A stretch of 64,000 bases of DNA from Guillardia theta CCMP2712 (GCF_000315625.1 NW_005434671.1:414078-478077); one strand, 5' to 3'. Shown: positions 9,738-22,260, counted from the stretch's first letter. Numbers and translations are program-made. Notes: generated from the sequence alone by a model not told the origin.

Positions 9738-12700
9738 TCAGAGGCTCCAAGAACAAGATGGCACTAACTTGAGCTGCTGCTGGGCTGATCGTAGCTGGAT
9801 GTGGTCTAGCTGGTCGTGGAAGGATCGAACCGCCTCCAAGATGCCCTTGAGGTCTCTGGCAACTGTCGTCTCGAGCAGTGTGTCTTGTCGCAAGCTGATT
9901 GCAGCAAGTGAGATACGATAGGCAGCAGCAGCAGCTTCACAAGCTCTCAATCAGTCGCTTCTGCTTCTCAATCAGTCGGTCGAAGTCTGACATGGTGAAC
10001 CTGCAGGCGCGTCAGTCTCGCTACATCTCACGCCGTAAAGTCACAACATCGCATGTTCCGCATCGCCTTCACTCCTCTTAACCCGCTCGCTCGAAGAATC
10101 CCTGCACGAGCATCAGGGGCATCACCAGCGCTCATGCTAACTCATACCATGATCCTTGCTCCTTCTCCAGCGCTCTCTTGACCTCCCACGCCATGCGTCG
10201 CCGCAGGAGCTTTGGCATAGCCCAGCAGAGAGCTAGCAGGAGGATCCCGCCGGCTCCGACGACTCCGTAGATAACCAAGAGCCAGACAGGAGTAGACGAT
10301 GAGCAGGAGGCGACGGGGAACTGATCACTTCTCCTTGACGATGCTTGACAAGCAGGACTCGGCAGCGTCGAGATCAGGTAGCTCCCAGCTTGGAACGCCT
10401 CGGTCATGTTCCTACCCCATACTGTCGGCACCAACTCCCTCAGTCGTCGTACCTCCAGCTGCGGGCTTGAGATCGCTTCGTAGTAGCCATCTACAACAAG
10501 AAGATACAAGGTAGAGCGAGGGATCAGGTATAGAAACGTTCTCATCATGATCACATAAGGACCCAAGGACCTGACTCTATGAAACTCCACACCCACATGC
10601 TCCATAGAAGTCTCTCCCCTGGCTGCAGCAGCAGACTGTCTCTGTTCAGTCCAATTCACCAGGACCTCATGGTTGACTTGAAATACACATTCGTTGCCAT
10701 TCAGACATGTCCGCACCAACACGTCCTTCTCGTCAAGATATTGCAAGATGTTGGCATGCTTGTCTTGTAGAGCATACGTCTCAAAAGAAGCAGCTTCATC
10801 GAGACTGCTCTTGTCGACTATAACATGCAGGTTCTTCGTCATGATGAAGAGGAGCAGCCCGTTGTCGAGAGATGTCAAGATGGATCTTGCTCCCACTCCG
10901 CTCAGTTTGGCCTTAATATCCGCCACGAACGAGGCATACGATAGCAGAACTCCAGTCACCCCAAGCGGAAACCGCGAGGTAGAGACGTTTGGCGATGTGG
11001 AGAGATAGAGAGCCTTTGAGATGGTCACATATGTACGATTGAGATTCGCAGTTGGAGTCGAAATCGACATCAGGTCTGGATTGAGCAGAGCGGATTGAAA
11101 CCATGTACTCTCGGTGTAGTTATGAAGGGGCTCTGAACTCCTCATAGCTCCAGGATAAGAACGAAGTACACCAGACAAACATCCGAAGAACAGCTCGAGC
11201 ACGTCCGATCTTGTCTTGGAGGTGAAGGTGCTGTTGTCAATGTAGAGTGCATTGCCGTCTGTTTGTCTTCCGCGAATTCCCAACGTGTGTTTCCAGTACT
11301 CCTCCATGTTAGAACTGACTTGGATGCACTTTACAGCAGATGGATGGAGTCCCCAGGCATGTCCACGCGTGCTGGAGGCGCTGGACCTGGGGAGAAGTGA
11401 GTCTGAGAGAGAGAGAGAGAGGAAGAGAGAGAGAGAGAGAGAGAGGAAGAGAGAGAGAGAGAGAGGAAGAGAGAGAGAGAGAGGCGCGCGGGGGGAGGGG
11501 GGGGGGGGGGGGGGAGGAAAAAAAAAAAAAAGGAAAAAGGAAAAAAAAAAAAAAAAAAAGGGAAAGGGAAAAACCTGGGGGGGGGGGGGGGAAAAAAAAG
11601 GGGAAGAGAGAGAGAGAGGAAGGAGTTAGAAGAGCATAAGGAGGCTTACTTGATCTGCTCGTTCAACGCTAACAGCTCCTGAAGGCTCAGGTCCCCTTGC
11701 CTCAACGAGCTCCTCCCGTACAAGGCAGCAGGCGTTGCAAACCAGACGCTTGTGTCGTAAGTGCACCAGACTGTCCCGCAGGCCCTTGTGCCGCCCCACG
11801 GGTACGAGAACCTGGCGGGTATGAGAGGGCGGAGGAGATCGAGGCGATGAAAGCAAGCAGCCATGGTCGAGTACGAGTTGTTCCAGCAGCGCTGCGTCCG
11901 ATTGTCTTCCTGGCAGAGCGGCAAGAAGCTGATTGCAGGGACTTGCAACAAATAAAGTGAGCTCCTTGCTGGAGACGTCCAGCTGCTGCTAAGCTGAAAC
12001 CTTCCAACCAGCGAGAGAGGAGATGCTGCGATCGCCCTCCAGCAAAACATCAACTTCCTTCCAGTGCTGCTGGACCTGCCCGACCCCTTAGCTTGCATGG
12101 TGAACTCTACGCAACTAGAGTTGCGCTGCATGGCGATGGGGATGTAAGAACAACACAGTCTCATCTGATCGCTTCTGGCTTCGTCAAACAGTGTGGCGAG
12201 CCTTGAATAAGAAACTTGCATCGTCAAAGCGTCTAGACTGCCAAGGAGTGCAGTTGAAACAATCCTGAACGATTTGACTGGGTAGAAGCTGTTCAGTTCA
12301 AGCAGATTCATCAGCACTTCATCTGAATAGTCTGCTCTGATGACTCCGACAGCACCAGGAGGACTTAGACCGCAACTCCATTCCAGCGCTGCAATGAAGC
12401 TGTCGGTGTGACTCTGATTCCATGTATCGGCACTTGAGCGCGGGAGGTGGATACTCCAGATACGACGATCGTCCTCGAAAGATACTGTCTTAAGGCTTTG
12501 AATCAGCTTCAGCGAGCTCAGAGCGATCAACTTCTCCCTATCATCCTGACAACAACATCAGAAACCACCTCACACCTTGGTATCAGAACCTTCAAGAATG
12601 TAGAAGGGGTGTCAGGAAGCAAGCTGCTCATGATTGAGCACTTTCCAAACTGACTTGAATTTCCATCTTGTGTCAAAGCAAGCCTTACGACAGTTCCGCC

Positions 12701-14440
12701 AATTTCACATTTCAAATCATTCAGGAATTTTGTTGAGGTCATCGTGTTCATAGTCACAGCGTCGTCTACAACTATCCCAACAAAGATTGTTCTATTCTGC
12801 ACCGATGAAAAACGTTTACCTGAAAACAGTCAGAGGCGTGTCATCTTTGTAATTACCTCCACCATACTTTGAGGGTCATTGCCAGCAAAGCCGTTCACGC
12901 TTGACAGCATCACAATAAAGTTGGACGGATGATTGCTGGTTTCACTACCAGCAAGATAATCCAAGGCCACATCTACTGCGGCAGTCAGATTGGAGTATGA
13001 GACATTAGTGAAGTCGTTATGCTTTGCCCAGTCAGTTACAAGTCGTAGATGTTCTTGTGAGGCAGACAACAGAGATTTGCCGGAGGCCGAGGGGACGACG
13101 TAAGGTCTTTCAGACGCCAGAATGAGCTGAAACAAGTCGACAGGAGAGACCCAGTACTTGATCAACGCCTCAACTTGAGCCATCGCAATGTCCATCGCCG
13201 CGCAGACGCTCGCGGAAAACAGTGCAGCATCGAGCACGAAGACAACCCGCTTGCTTGGATACATCAAATGTTTGTACCAGGATGTGTTTAACATCGCCAA
13301 GTCGTTGATCTTTGAACTTGAGAGATCATTCGAGAGCATTACCACGTTCCCGTCCTGAGCGATAAAGTATTGATTTGCAAGATAAGTGTTCGACGAATTC
13401 AAAGAGATGTTCTTCATTTGGAGACAGAGGCTGTGAGATAAATTACAGAAGCTATACACTGAAGTTTCATTCCATGCGAGCGGCATGTACACTGTACATT
13501 CGTCAATCTGTACACGCTGACCATTGACAATTTCATTCAGCTGAGATCCAGTCAGTCTTGGGTCGAGAAAGGTTGTTTCGTTGACCAATGTCACTTGCGC
13601 TGCACTTCTCACTTTGCCGAGGACCTGTTCTCGCTCATGGAAGATGTCTTGGATGCCTCCTCGTCCTCCTGCCAATTCTTCCAACAAATTTGTCGGATTT
13701 TGCTGTATCTGTACGGCAGGAACTTGTTGGACGACATCATAAGGCGAAAGAATGCCAGTCGTTGGACCCAAGGAGCTGCAGTCTGCCGACGGTTGAGTTC
13801 CAAGTATCGCACACTCGTAATGGAGGAAGAGATCTGACAGGCTCTCGAGCACCTGCCCCACGCTGCACACGAGTCAGTGAAGGCTGATAACATCACGCTA
13901 GGCTACGCACGTCGATCCCCCGATCAGCTCATGACAAGCCGCTGGAAGAAACTCCGAAGCAATCAGAACAACGATGACCAAGTTCAACAACATCCGGTCT
14001 TGAGTAGGCATGTTTCAGTGTACGAGCTGTACGATCGAAACAATCAAGGAATCGCTTGAGCAACCAACAAGAAGCAAGATTGGCGCTTCAAAGATACATG
14101 TCTGACCTATTCTCCTGCACATGCAGTTCGTTATTGTTTTTACACCAGCAGCTCCCTTGACTCAGTCCGCTCCTTCTGCTGCACTTACTGTGATCACGCT
14201 GAGATGTCCTTTGAGCCAGCTGACAACAACCCTGGAGGCATTTCAATCAAAGTACCGGCAAAGCTTGCCAGAACAACTGTCACTTGTCATCGGGTTGCCA
14301 TATCCGATATCAGTGTCAAAGTTCTCTCCGAGCCTCATCACTTGCTCTCTCGTTGTTCTGCTGCTGCTTCTTTCATCTCTCCATGGAGCTCCTCGCCTCC
14401 TCCGCTGCATTTCGTGGCACTGCTGAGCGGCATGGTCCAC
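9738..14440 (-). CDS. Large multi-exon VWA + Cache-domain membrane protein (alpha2delta/CACHD1-like)
   Basis: Colinear exon ORFs 12830-13870 (SWY....PSKRVVFVLD, a VWA start with degenerate MIDAS), 12527-12802, 11646-12530 and 10132-11307 (WFQSA..TISKAL..LGVTG, Cache-like). C-terminal TM WLLVIYGVVGAGGILLLALCWAM. Gene ends are approximate. Confidence 0.6.
11403..11625. repeat. Intronic (GA)n plus poly-G/poly-A low-complexity tract (possibly low-quality sequence)
   Basis: GA repeat decaying into homopolymer runs. Confidence 0.85.
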
Positions 14441-14745
14441 TAGAGTCTCAGAGTCTGGCCTGCGGCCCGACAGTTCTCAATATAGAAAGAAAAACAAAAA
14501 GAAAAGTTTGTTGTAAAACCTGTGTAACGGAAGAAACCGTTGCTACGTGGGCTTCGGCCGCCATGTCGAACGGAGCGGAATAGAAGGAAGCAAGCACAAG
14601 AGGGACAGGAAGACTGAGAGTAAAGTCGAACCCATTCCCACAAAGCAAGCAAACGCTTTCATCTCTCAGCCGTGATACACTGAGATCCCAAGATTGTTCA
14701 AGGTTCTTGCGGGCACAACAAGAATTCTTGCTAGTTTGAGAAAAC

Positions 14746-15251
14746 ATGTACAATCGGAGCAGCAGCAGCCGTGGTAACTCAGGGGCAGCAGCAGCGTCTA
14801 CCTCAGCCGACCAACTTGAAAGCCAGAATGAGATGATGCTGGGGAATCTTCACAGCAGAATCTCAAACTTGAAGAATGTGAGGCCTGAATTTCGTTCTCA
14901 CAACAGGCTGTCGCTGAATTTGTTGACAAATTAGATCACGATCGCAATTGGCGATGAAGTTAGAGAGCAGAACAAAGCTCTTGAGTTTATGCAAAATGGT
15001 ATGATGAGCACTGACAACCTGATAGGGTCCACCTTGAACAAGATGCAGGTATTCTCGGTCTTTTTCTGTAGCGTGCCTTCACTAATCTTGTTCCCACAGA
15101 CTATGTACAAAAGTCACGGTTCAATGTCCATCGTGTACTTGTCGATATTTTGTTTGGTAGTTTTCTTTGCGGTATTTACATAAGATTGGAATCTTGCTTT
15201 TTGCCCTGACATTCCCAGCAGGTATACTCACTCATGAAGATGGGTTTCTGA
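14746..15251 (+). CDS. BET1: BET1-like Qc-SNARE, 4 exons
   Basis: Spliced product LESQNEMMLGNLHSRISNLKN|ITIAIGDEVREQNKAL..M..TDNLIGSTLNKMQ|..IVYLSIFCLVVFFA|VYSLMKMGF*, i.e. SNARE coil plus C-terminal TM. Confidence 0.88.
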
Positions 15252-15399
15252 AGGCATTGGGGTATAAGTTCACGTGTATAGATCTAGACGCCTTCACAAG
15301 GGTCATATTTTGATTGAATTTTATTCTGTTCAGTACAGAGAACTATTTCTCTTCCTTTTCTGGGGTATGAATGTTGGCTGACATACCGAGCTTGCTGTG

Positions 15400-15750
15400 A
15401 AGCAATATTCAACGTACGGAAACACAAAAAAACTTACAGAGTAGATGCTTCAAAATGGAAAAAGAATAGACAGGGTGGATACAAATAGAATTTGCGTACC
15501 TGCCAGATATATGCATGACGTAATTGGTTACTGCTTGGAGGGCATTCTTCTTTAAGTTGTCAAGTTTGGATTGGTCCGTGACAAATGCATTTTTCTTGAA
15601 CTCATTTTTAACCAGCACTTTAACTTGCCTCGCATCTACACTCCTGTGCTGCAAAGAAATTGTCACAAGTACTTATGATAAAACGGGAACCAGACCGTTG
15701 CTGAGATGTGTTGCAAAAGTCTTAAGCAATCTTTGTAGAGCTGCAACATG
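15400..15750 (-). CDS. Small LYR-motif (Complex1_LYR-like) mitochondrial protein, multi-exon
   Basis: MLQLYKDCLRLLQHI..|..VKNEFKKN..VTDQSKLDNLKKNALQAVTNY. Terminal exons uncertain. Confidence 0.7.
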
Positions 15751-16385
15751 GTTTCAGAACTCGAAGAAACTAAAAAACTGCACAGAAAGAAGGACAACAG
15801 GAAAAGCAATTGTTAAAATTCGATTCAAACTGAACCGCTCGGGTAAAGTTCTAGGAAACCCACGACAATTTCGGCAAACATGTTGGAGTGTTGCAAAGTC
15901 GTTTTGTGAGAGTTTCTCGCTTCACTTAGGTCGAAAACAGAGCCCAGGTACACACTGCCTTCATACATTCCAACGAATGATGTGTTTGGAAAGGGGGGGG
16001 GAAGCCAAGCACAAGACAGAGTGAATGGAGTACACCACATGGTGACGGGATCCAGCACGTGAGTTAGCAATCAAGACAAGAAACCAAGTCTACCGCATGC
16101 ATCCGATCGTGAACAGGTCATGAGCCCATGAAGGGAGAGAACAATCAGCAGCCGCAAGTCACATCTCTCATCTCTCCTCCTCGTCTCCTTCCCCTTCCCC
16201 TTCCCTCCCCTTCTCACTCACTCGCTGCACGCTTGGCTCGAACCCGCGCTCCATGACGGACGGACGTTTCTCCGTTTCCTTTGTCGTTACACAATTAACG
16301 GTGAGGGAGAGATTTTGAGGATGACGGCAATAAGACCCATGGCCCAGGGAGCTATGCGACCTGCTATGCCACGAGCCTCACGGAA

Positions 16386-18521
16386 ATGAGGGCGAGGAAG
16401 GGGAGGATGAAGAAGACGGGGACGACGATGGGTGCAACGATGGCGATGGTGATGGTAGTGATGATGATGATGACGATGATGGAAGTGAACGAGTCAAGTT
16501 GTGTCAGGCTGGTCATACCCAACACTGTCAGGCTACGGGGAGGCGCAGAGCAAGAGCCGGGGTACGATCCTTTCGGTGATTCCAATCAGTTCTCGATTGA
16601 GGATTGGAACGTGGGGGGGAGCGACCCTGAGATCGAGGTGCGAGACTCCGATGAAGACTTTCAGACTGCATACCGTTGTATGCATGACGGTCAGGATTAC
16701 TCGGTGAAGACTGTGAGCAAGGAATCTGTCGAGACCATACAAGACTTCCTGGCCTTTCCTTTCGATGAGAAGAGCGTGGAATTCTTGGAGAAGAGGCTGA
16801 CTTTCAGAGGTCTGATGGAGATCATCAATGGCAAGGTAGGAGCACAGATCAGCCCAAACATCTCGCACCTGAAGGCTGTCAGGTGCCTTGAGAAGATCAT
16901 GAGGTCGTTCAACGACAGCAAGAGCATCGAGCTCTTCTTCAAAAAGTTTTCAATCTCTCTCAGCTACTTAGCATCGACGCTCAAGAATGCGTTGAGGACT
17001 GTTGACCACCCTGGCGACTTCTATGTCCTCAGCTGTTTGACCCGTCTAACTGATGAACACGCTCAGCCCCTGCTTGTGGAGCATGAGTTGCTCGTAGACG
17101 TCTTGAAGGGTCTTTGGAACAAGAACAGCGACACCATTGTGAAAGTCTACGAAGTTATGATCAAATTCTTCTCCACGGATTTCGGGTTGGCCCAGATAAA
17201 GGAAGAGAGTTGTCTTCAAATAATCCAGCAGGCCTTACAGGATGACAAGTCGCAAGTCAGAATGCGAGCGCTCGAGCTTCTCTTGAGGACGGTGAACATA
17301 AGTCAGAAAGCTCAAGCCGCCTTCCGGGGCCTCAACCTTCAATCCATCTTGATCGAGAGCTTCAACCATCCCGACGACGTGCTTGTTCTCAACGCCATTG
17401 AGCTCGCTTGGTTCTGCCCCATCGAATCTCTACCGATAGAGGCGATCTATATGTTCTTGGACGATGCAATCCTGGCGTGGGAGAAGAGGAAGGAGAGCGA
17501 AGACACCATCCCCTATGTCAGCTTGCTGCACGAGGAGAGGCTAAGAGCTGTGGCGAGGCATTGGGCCCTGCAGGACGAGTCCATCCCTCCCTTCATGGTC
17601 AACCAGCTCGAGCTACACCTCTTGGACCTCACCAATCGGCAAGAAACAGGCCCCGTGGCCTTGGCTATCTCCACTTGTGCGATGCTGTGCAGTACGAAGC
17701 GGGGAGTGAAGGTGTTCGAGGAAATGCAGCTGTCGTTTGAAATCACGCAGAACTTGCCGCATTTTGCCTCGAGCACGAGAGAAGATCTCTTCCTTGCTGC
17801 AATCGTCCTCACGGAGAATTTGATTCTCAATGCAAACCTCGATAGCCGGTTAGAAAACGCTTTCAAGCATTCTCAGGATAACGTGCAGGGGTTGTTGAAG
17901 GAGGAGTTCCAGGTTTGTGCTTACAGCAATTTGATGCCTGTCTGTACCACGTGACTTGCTCACAGGATCTTCCATCTTGGTTGATAGACTTGATCATGAC
18001 AATGCGGAAGCGATTGTTCTACCTTGCAAACGTGCTCACTTCACCTCCATCCCCTGCCTTGCTCACGTCCATATAGGTCCCTTTTCATGAGCAGCGGATC
18101 ACAACCCTCTCGCTCATGGAGAAACTCGCCCGCACTCCCACGGGTGCAAACATTCTCCTACAAGATGTACAGATGATCGACCTGCTCTTCGCACGCAACA
18201 AGATCGGTCAGTTCTTCACATCCTCACTTCCTGTCAATGAGTGGACCGACAGGATTCGTCGACGAGAACGAGGCAGACGCGATCGAGTCAAAGCACAAGC
18301 TGGCAAGGGTGAGTGGAACAGTGAGGGGTCGAGGAGTACTGAGTCGAACCCAGAGCCTCTTGCTCCATCCGGAGATCGTCAAGAGTCGCTGCAGCCCGGA
18401 TGCTGTGCAGGCCCTGACGCTGCTCGTGGAGAACGGGCCCTTCTCTCCTGTCTACCTTAAGAACGCATCCCTTGTCAGCAGGGCAGTTCCAATCGTAGCG
18501 ACAACGGCTGCAACGGTGTGA
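16386..18521 (+). CDS. PSMD5/S5b(Hsm3)-like ARM/HEAT proteasome assembly chaperone with signal peptide + RLRGG leader
   Basis: Helical repeats with DDKSQVRMRALEL and DDVLVLNAIEL. Spliced 3' exons end VPIVATTAATV*. N-terminal hydrophobic stretch followed by VRLRGG. Confidence 0.6.
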
Positions 18522-18781
18522 TAAAGAATGTGCTGGAAACGAAATGTTCTACCTCCCTCCCTCATTGCTCCATCATCAACAGATCAACGCGCTTTGTAGC
18601 ACCTTGCTTGTTGAATTTCGTCCATGTAACGTGATCAATTCTGTTTTTTTAGTTCGAAAAAAAAATAGAAAAGAATGAGAGTAAAGACATTGAAAGAAGT
18701 GTGAGTTCGAAGACTGCAAGAAGGACGCAACCAAAAGGACAGTGAGTGAGCTGAGAGTACAGTCAACACAGTAATTCTGCC

Positions 18782-20707
18782 TCAGGCAGAACTGGTCAGG
18801 CATCCGAGGATCTGGCGCACGCTCATGAGGACCTTGTTCAATGCGACACTGACTAGACCGCAAGACTGCTTGTCCGTGAGTGGAGCATGCTTCATCCACT
18901 CCATCTGGTCAAAGCGAAACCGCCAGAGGTCGCTCAAGGTGAAGGCAGAGTCCTCGAAGCTCAGCAGATCCCTTCCCCGCACAAGCACCACTGTCAAGAA
19001 CAGCGACGACCAACAGGCCAGCGCCGCTGAGGCGGCAAGGAACGGGAGAGGAGACCAAATGCCGAGCAATCCGGGAGCAAGCAGACCGGCGACTGCGTTG
19101 CCAAATCTGCGAAGCATCTGCCCCCTTCCTTGCCAGCTCCTGTATTGCGAAGGGGGAGCGATCTGCTGGATGGCATCATTGACGAGATACGTCCAGAGGT
19201 CGTTCAATACTTGGAAAATCAACTGGAACGATACAGCAATGGCGAGGACGGGAGTCGTGAACAAGAAAACCACTCCAGAAATCAGGATCATGACAGACAC
19301 GACAGAGACGATAGGCTTCAAGGGATATTGCTCTCTTGCCCCATGCTCGAATGGATGACGCATCTTGTGGCTGATTGTCATGCCCAGGAGCTCACCAAAA
19401 CCCATCGACACCCCAAAGAAGAAGGCAGACTTGCCGTACTCCATATTGTAGTAGATAGTGCCTGCTCCAAGGAATGTGCCAATGCAGAGAGCAATAAAAA
19501 TCTGAGAAAAAACCAGGAAATGAATCACACAGGGAACCCGCTCCGTGCTTGTCGAGCTATCAAGGCAATGATTCTCGTCCTGATATTTCACAACGCCATG
19601 ATGCTCTCCATAACACGCAATGGAGGCCTTGACTGTTTCTTGCGCCCCATTGTTTGGGTGCATCACATACGTGACACATTGCCGTACAATCATGCCATCA
19701 TGTGCATGCTTTCCGAGTGTCCCATCGAGCATGTCTTGCACAACCCTTTCGAGTGCTGGCGGATCTAATTCCTCTTCACTAACTCTAGACAATGCCAGCA
19801 TGCTCCCTGTCAGGATGGCAAATGATCGAAGATTGATTAAATCCATAGGGAAAGGAGCACAAGGGGCAAATATCGACTGATATTTGTTGATTTTGTCCAA
19901 AATAAAATGTAACATCAACTGTAAAATGCAGCAAAAAGCTCCAAGCGTGCATGCCCACTGGAAGCTCAAATTTTCGAAAACCCATCCTCCGACTACAAAC
20001 GATACACAAGCTCCAAAACACACCCAGGAAAATTGTTTTCTCAGAGGGGGGTTGTTGTTGGAAAGACTTGACACAAGGATAAGCTCATGCTGCAAGCTCA
20101 CGATGACTTCGCCAAGCCCTGTCAGAGCAAACAACCATGGACACCATGTTTTGTTCTGTGAAAGAGCATTGCAAAGAAAACCGACGAGTGAAAGAAGGAT
20201 AAGTGGCTTCGTCATGCGCGTCCCTTCCTTCACTATGATCCAGTTCGCAAACAACCTCATAATCTGGAAGAGACCAACAACCAGACCTATGTTGAAAAAG
20301 GAAAAATTGCAGTCTCTGTACAAATAGAGAGGTACTGTTACAAATCCTATCCTTGTCGAAATTCCATACAGTGCTGGTAAAAAGCAGCAAAGAATATTTT
20401 CAGTAGCTTGGAAACCGAAGGATTGTAGCTGGTTGTTTCGCAAAATCGCGTGCTGAAAATCTTCAATCGTGATATGATCCTTTCCTTGACTAGACTCATC
20501 AAATATCCTTCGACTGAGCTTTCTGATGTCCTCCTCGGGCAAGGAAGCCCCTGGGGCAAGAATTTTCGCAACAGACCTTGATGCGGAAAAAATATCATCT
20601 TGGGATAAGGATTCTTTTCCTGACTTGAGAGAGAAGTAAATGTCTTGGACATTCACAGATGAAGAATTTGCTCCTGAACTTGGCATTATGTCGTGCGACA
20701 AGTGCAA
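18782..20707 (-). CDS. MFS-type transporter with EF-hand-like N-terminal domain
   Basis: 641-aa intronless ORF with two blocks of ~6 hydrophobic segments, Q.IAPP...SWQG.GQ (MFS-like), and N-terminal RRIFDESSQGKDHITIEDFQHAI. Confidence 0.7.
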   Translation of the reverse strand: MHLSHDIMPSSGANSSSVNVQDIYFSLKSGKESLSQDDIFSASRSVAKILAPGASLPEEDIRKLSRRIFDESSQGKDHITIEDFQHAILRNNQLQSFGFQATENILCCFLPALYGISTRIGFVTVPLYLYRDCNFSFFNIGLVVGLFQIMRLFANWIIVKEGTRMTKPLILLSLVGFLCNALSQNKTWCPWLFALTGLGEVIVSLQHELILVSSLSNNNPPLRKQFSWVCFGACVSFVVGGWVFENLSFQWACTLGAFCCILQLMLHFILDKINKYQSIFAPCAPFPMDLINLRSFAILTGSMLALSRVSEEELDPPALERVVQDMLDGTLGKHAHDGMIVRQCVTYVMHPNNGAQETVKASIACYGEHHGVVKYQDENHCLDSSTSTERVPCVIHFLVFSQIFIALCIGTFLGAGTIYYNMEYGKSAFFFGVSMGFGELLGMTISHKMRHPFEHGAREQYPLKPIVSVVSVMILISGVVFLFTTPVLAIAVSFQLIFQVLNDLWTYLVNDAIQQIAPPSQYRSWQGRGQMLRRFGNAVAGLLAPGLLGIWSPLPFLAASAALACWSSLFLTVVLVRGRDLLSFEDSAFTLSDLWRFRFDQMEWMKHAPLTDKQSCGLVSVALNKVLMSVRQILGCLTSSA

Positions 20708-21019
20708 GACCCAAGTTCAGGCTAGCCCTCTATCAGTGACGGGCCACAAAGATTAATTACGGATAGAACGTGGCAGGGTCAGACAGAAACCAGCAAGCAG
20801 GAATATGGTACAAAAGGGTGAGTTGTAGAGAGGCGAGGTGGCACAGGGCGAGTGAGGACACTGGTTCGCGCTGGCAGGAGGATCCACGAGGCTATTGGAG
20901 GACGAGGTGCGATCAGGGTATGGGATGCGAACGGCAAGAAGGCGTTCACGATCAAACAGGAAGGAAATAGTATGTTGTGAAGGGAAACCGTACCCGGTCC
21001 ATTTACCTACATTTTTCTG

Positions 21020-21480
21020 GTGGGGGTGGTGTGAAAGGGGTCACATGGAGGGTCGCAAGAAAGTCTTCATGCCCTCACATGGGGGGGGTAGTCATGTGAT
21101 CGAAAAAGGGAGTGGTAGGGTGCAAGAACACCATTTGGTGGGTAGGGTAAAGATTTGTTGAGTGATAAAGTGTACCAGTTGGCCGAATAAAATTAACTTT
21201 TAAGGGGTGGGGTACCCTTGTGAGATGGGGTAGTCGTGGAAAAGTGACTGCCTTGCCGAGTTTGTAACTAGATGGGTGGGGTCATTATTTTCGGAGAGGT
21301 GACCAGGGGTACTTTTCCTATGCAAAGGGTGGGTGGGATATTTGGGGAGACGGCCGCCGGGGAATGTTCGATATTTCCTCGAGCCAGGAAAAGAAGTGGT
21401 GGGTAGTAGTGGGGGAATATGAGGGTACAATTGGGGACTAAAAAAGTATGGGGGTACCCTACCCCCCAGGGTACTCACCC
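21020..21480. promoter_or_regulatory. GGGT/GGGGTA-rich upstream tract (G-quadruplex-prone)
   Basis: Many G3-G7 runs upstream of the MFS gene; the same type of tract precedes other gene starts. Confidence 0.4.
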
Positions 21481-21489
21481 CGAAACGGA

Positions 21490-22260
21490 TCATCATTTCG
21501 GGATCATTTCAAAGATACTACTGTGACAATCGAGCCCCGGGCCCGAGTCCCGGCGGCCGCAGGCGGCCGCTTCCGGATCGGATGGGCCGCGGCGCCGCTG
21601 GGCTCAGTACCGCCCGGCGCGCGGCCCGGCGCCTCGCCGGATGCCGCCATGAAGTGGGCCGGCGGCTGGTGGGCCCGGGCCCGGGCCCGGGCCCGGGCCG
21701 GGCCGGTTGATGTCGGTGCCGGCTCAGTACGCCGGTCACGACTGTTCACCCGGTCACTAAGTCACGGGCAGTGCAGCGGCGTTAACTGTGACGGCCGCGG
21801 GTCCGAAGTTTTGGAGACCCGGACTCGACACCGGGTTTACTAGTGAAAGCCAAGCCTTAGAGTCAGCAAGTGCAGTGCCGCGGCACTGAGCCGGCCGGCC
21901 CCAGGCCCTGTGCGGCGGCTTTTCAGTTTGACTCGGAGCCTGGCAACTTTCAACTGCCGCTCGGATGCCGCAGCTGCCTCCACCCTCCTGCCGCGTGCTT
22001 TCAACCCTTCGGCCGCTCCATCCTGCCCGGCCCTGGAAAGCGCGGCCCCCGCGCGTGACAGGCTGGACTGCCGCCGGCCGGGCTGTGATCACACTGGCTG
22101 CCGCGCCATGATTTTAAGTTACTCCCATGATTACCGTACTAGTCACTCCTCGTACTGATTTTTAACTTAACTTTGACTCACCGTAGAAGAAGTCCGAGGG
22201 CCAGCCGGGAGGGCGCGCCGGAGCCCGGCTCGGACATAGCGTTGCCGTTCCGTATCCTTG
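21490..22260. other. GC/CCGG-rich non-coding island 2
   Basis: (GCCCGG)n, GACTCGG and CAGT words; contains motif copy 3 near its right edge. Confidence 0.7.
22147..22176 (-). repeat. Dispersed motif copy 3
   Basis: + strand TCCTCGTACTGATTTTTAACTTAACTTTGA. Confidence 0.85.

Noticed and set aside
11252-11639. RE/K-rich ORFs
   Set aside because: Translation of an intronic GA microsatellite and homopolymers, possibly sequencing noise.
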